Made by a program: the position numbers and the translations under genes. Shown one piece after another: positions 42,821 to 43,160 of a DNA stretch of 43,160 nucleotides. Source of the DNA: a bacterium (GTDB lineage: Bacteria; Patescibacteriota; Minisyncoccia; Minisyncoccales; PEYH01); the NCBI GenBank assembly GCA_021158195.1, contig JAGGVA010000031.1, positions 1 through 43,160 of the forward strand, written 5' to 3'. The number at the start of each line of letters is the position of its first letter. Position 1 is the stretch's first letter. The notes below the pieces were generated by a model that saw nothing but the letters and a program-made list of their open reading frames with translations, was not told the origin of the DNA and made no database searches.

Positions 42821-43160
42821 TTTGAATTCCTGCCTGCCGGCAGGCAAGATTTAATTTTTAATTTTGAATTTGTGATAATCTTTACATCTACGACTTGGGC
42901 TTCTTTTTCATTGACAATGACAGGATTTAAATCAACTTCTCTGATATTTTTTTCTCTTGCAATCATCTTTGAGAGATTGGCTAAAATTTTTGATAAAGCG
43001 TCAATATCTACAGGTTTTTGGCTTCTATACCCCTTAAGAATCTTGTATCCTTTTATTTCTTTTATCATTTTTCTTGCCTCAGTTTTTGTTATCGGCGCCA
43101 ATCTAAAAGAAACATCTTTTAAAATCTCAACAAAGATTCCTCCCAGTCCAAACATAACTA
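42817..43160 (-). CDS. ADP-forming acetyl-CoA synthetase, beta (ATP-grasp) subunit, C-terminal part; gene runs off the window
   Basis: 'FGLGGIFVEILKDVSFRLAPITKTEARKMIKEIKGYKILKGYRSQKPVD...VDLNPVIV'. ATGA overlap with the alpha subunit start. Confidence 0.8.
   Translation of the reverse strand, partial: VMFGLGGIFVEILKDVSFRLAPITKTEARKMIKEIKGYKILKGYRSQKPVDIDALSKILANLSKMIAREKNIREVDLNPVIVNEKEAQVVDVKIITNSKLKIKSCLPAGRNSK
42819..42870. repeat. 32-nt unit with a GC-rich palindrome, flanked by a 10-bp direct repeat at the ACD beta/alpha junction
   Basis: ATTTTGAATT occurs at 42819-42828 and 42861-42870. The core contains the perfect 16-nt palindrome TGCCTGCCGGCAGGCA (42831-42846). Confidence 0.8.

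Noticed and set aside
1-43160. Alternative genetic code with UGA recoded, as in some CPR lineages
   Set aside because: TGA terminates several well-supported genes at sensible lengths (the TDT transporter, the response regulator, the 169-aa protein, ACD beta), including ATGA stop-start overlaps. Conserved proteins are full length under code 11.

Overview
AT-rich window (about 25-32% G+C in spot counts), densely packed with mostly minus-strand genes. Gene content and style suggest a reduced-genome bacterium, possibly Patescibacteria/CPR-like; this is an inference. Recognisable core genes include rplI, rpmA, uppS and gltX. A split dcw block carries a PBP5-type carboxypeptidase, mraY, murD, ftsW and murG. 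Also present are aspS (no GAD domain), an archaeal-type valS, trpS, class II aldolase, a PfkB kinase, ppsA and a two-gene ADP-forming acetyl-CoA synthetase. An ArsR plus TDT transporter pair, a MiaB/MtaB-type methylthiotransferase, an S41 protease, a Xer-type recombinase and many membrane or secreted orphans complete the set. Standard code (TGA is a stop, including at ATGA overlaps). No rRNA, tRNA or CRISPR array was seen. Main points of interest follow. (1) An orphan minus-strand transcription unit between valS and a response-regulator operon. It has a consensus promoter and an intrinsic terminator, and specifies a structured ~185-nt RNA exposing CACCUCCUUU, an anti-SD-like tract. (2) About 5.6 kb of accessory DNA sits between mraY and murD. 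It holds a self-contained Cas4-like Fe-S nuclease plus 129-aa unknown module, and an IS481-family element whose transposase is broken by a perfect 11-bp tandem duplication. It also holds a hydrolase/membrane pair and a PP-loop protein that may be MurL-like. (3) Small GC-rich hairpins flanked by 10-12-bp direct repeats lie exactly at stop/start junctions. (4) Two heptamer arrays. (5) Five G+C-richer genes carry canonical AAGGAGG Shine-Dalgarno sites, while roughly 35 other genes have none. All functional calls rest on motif recognition by eye; no searches were run.
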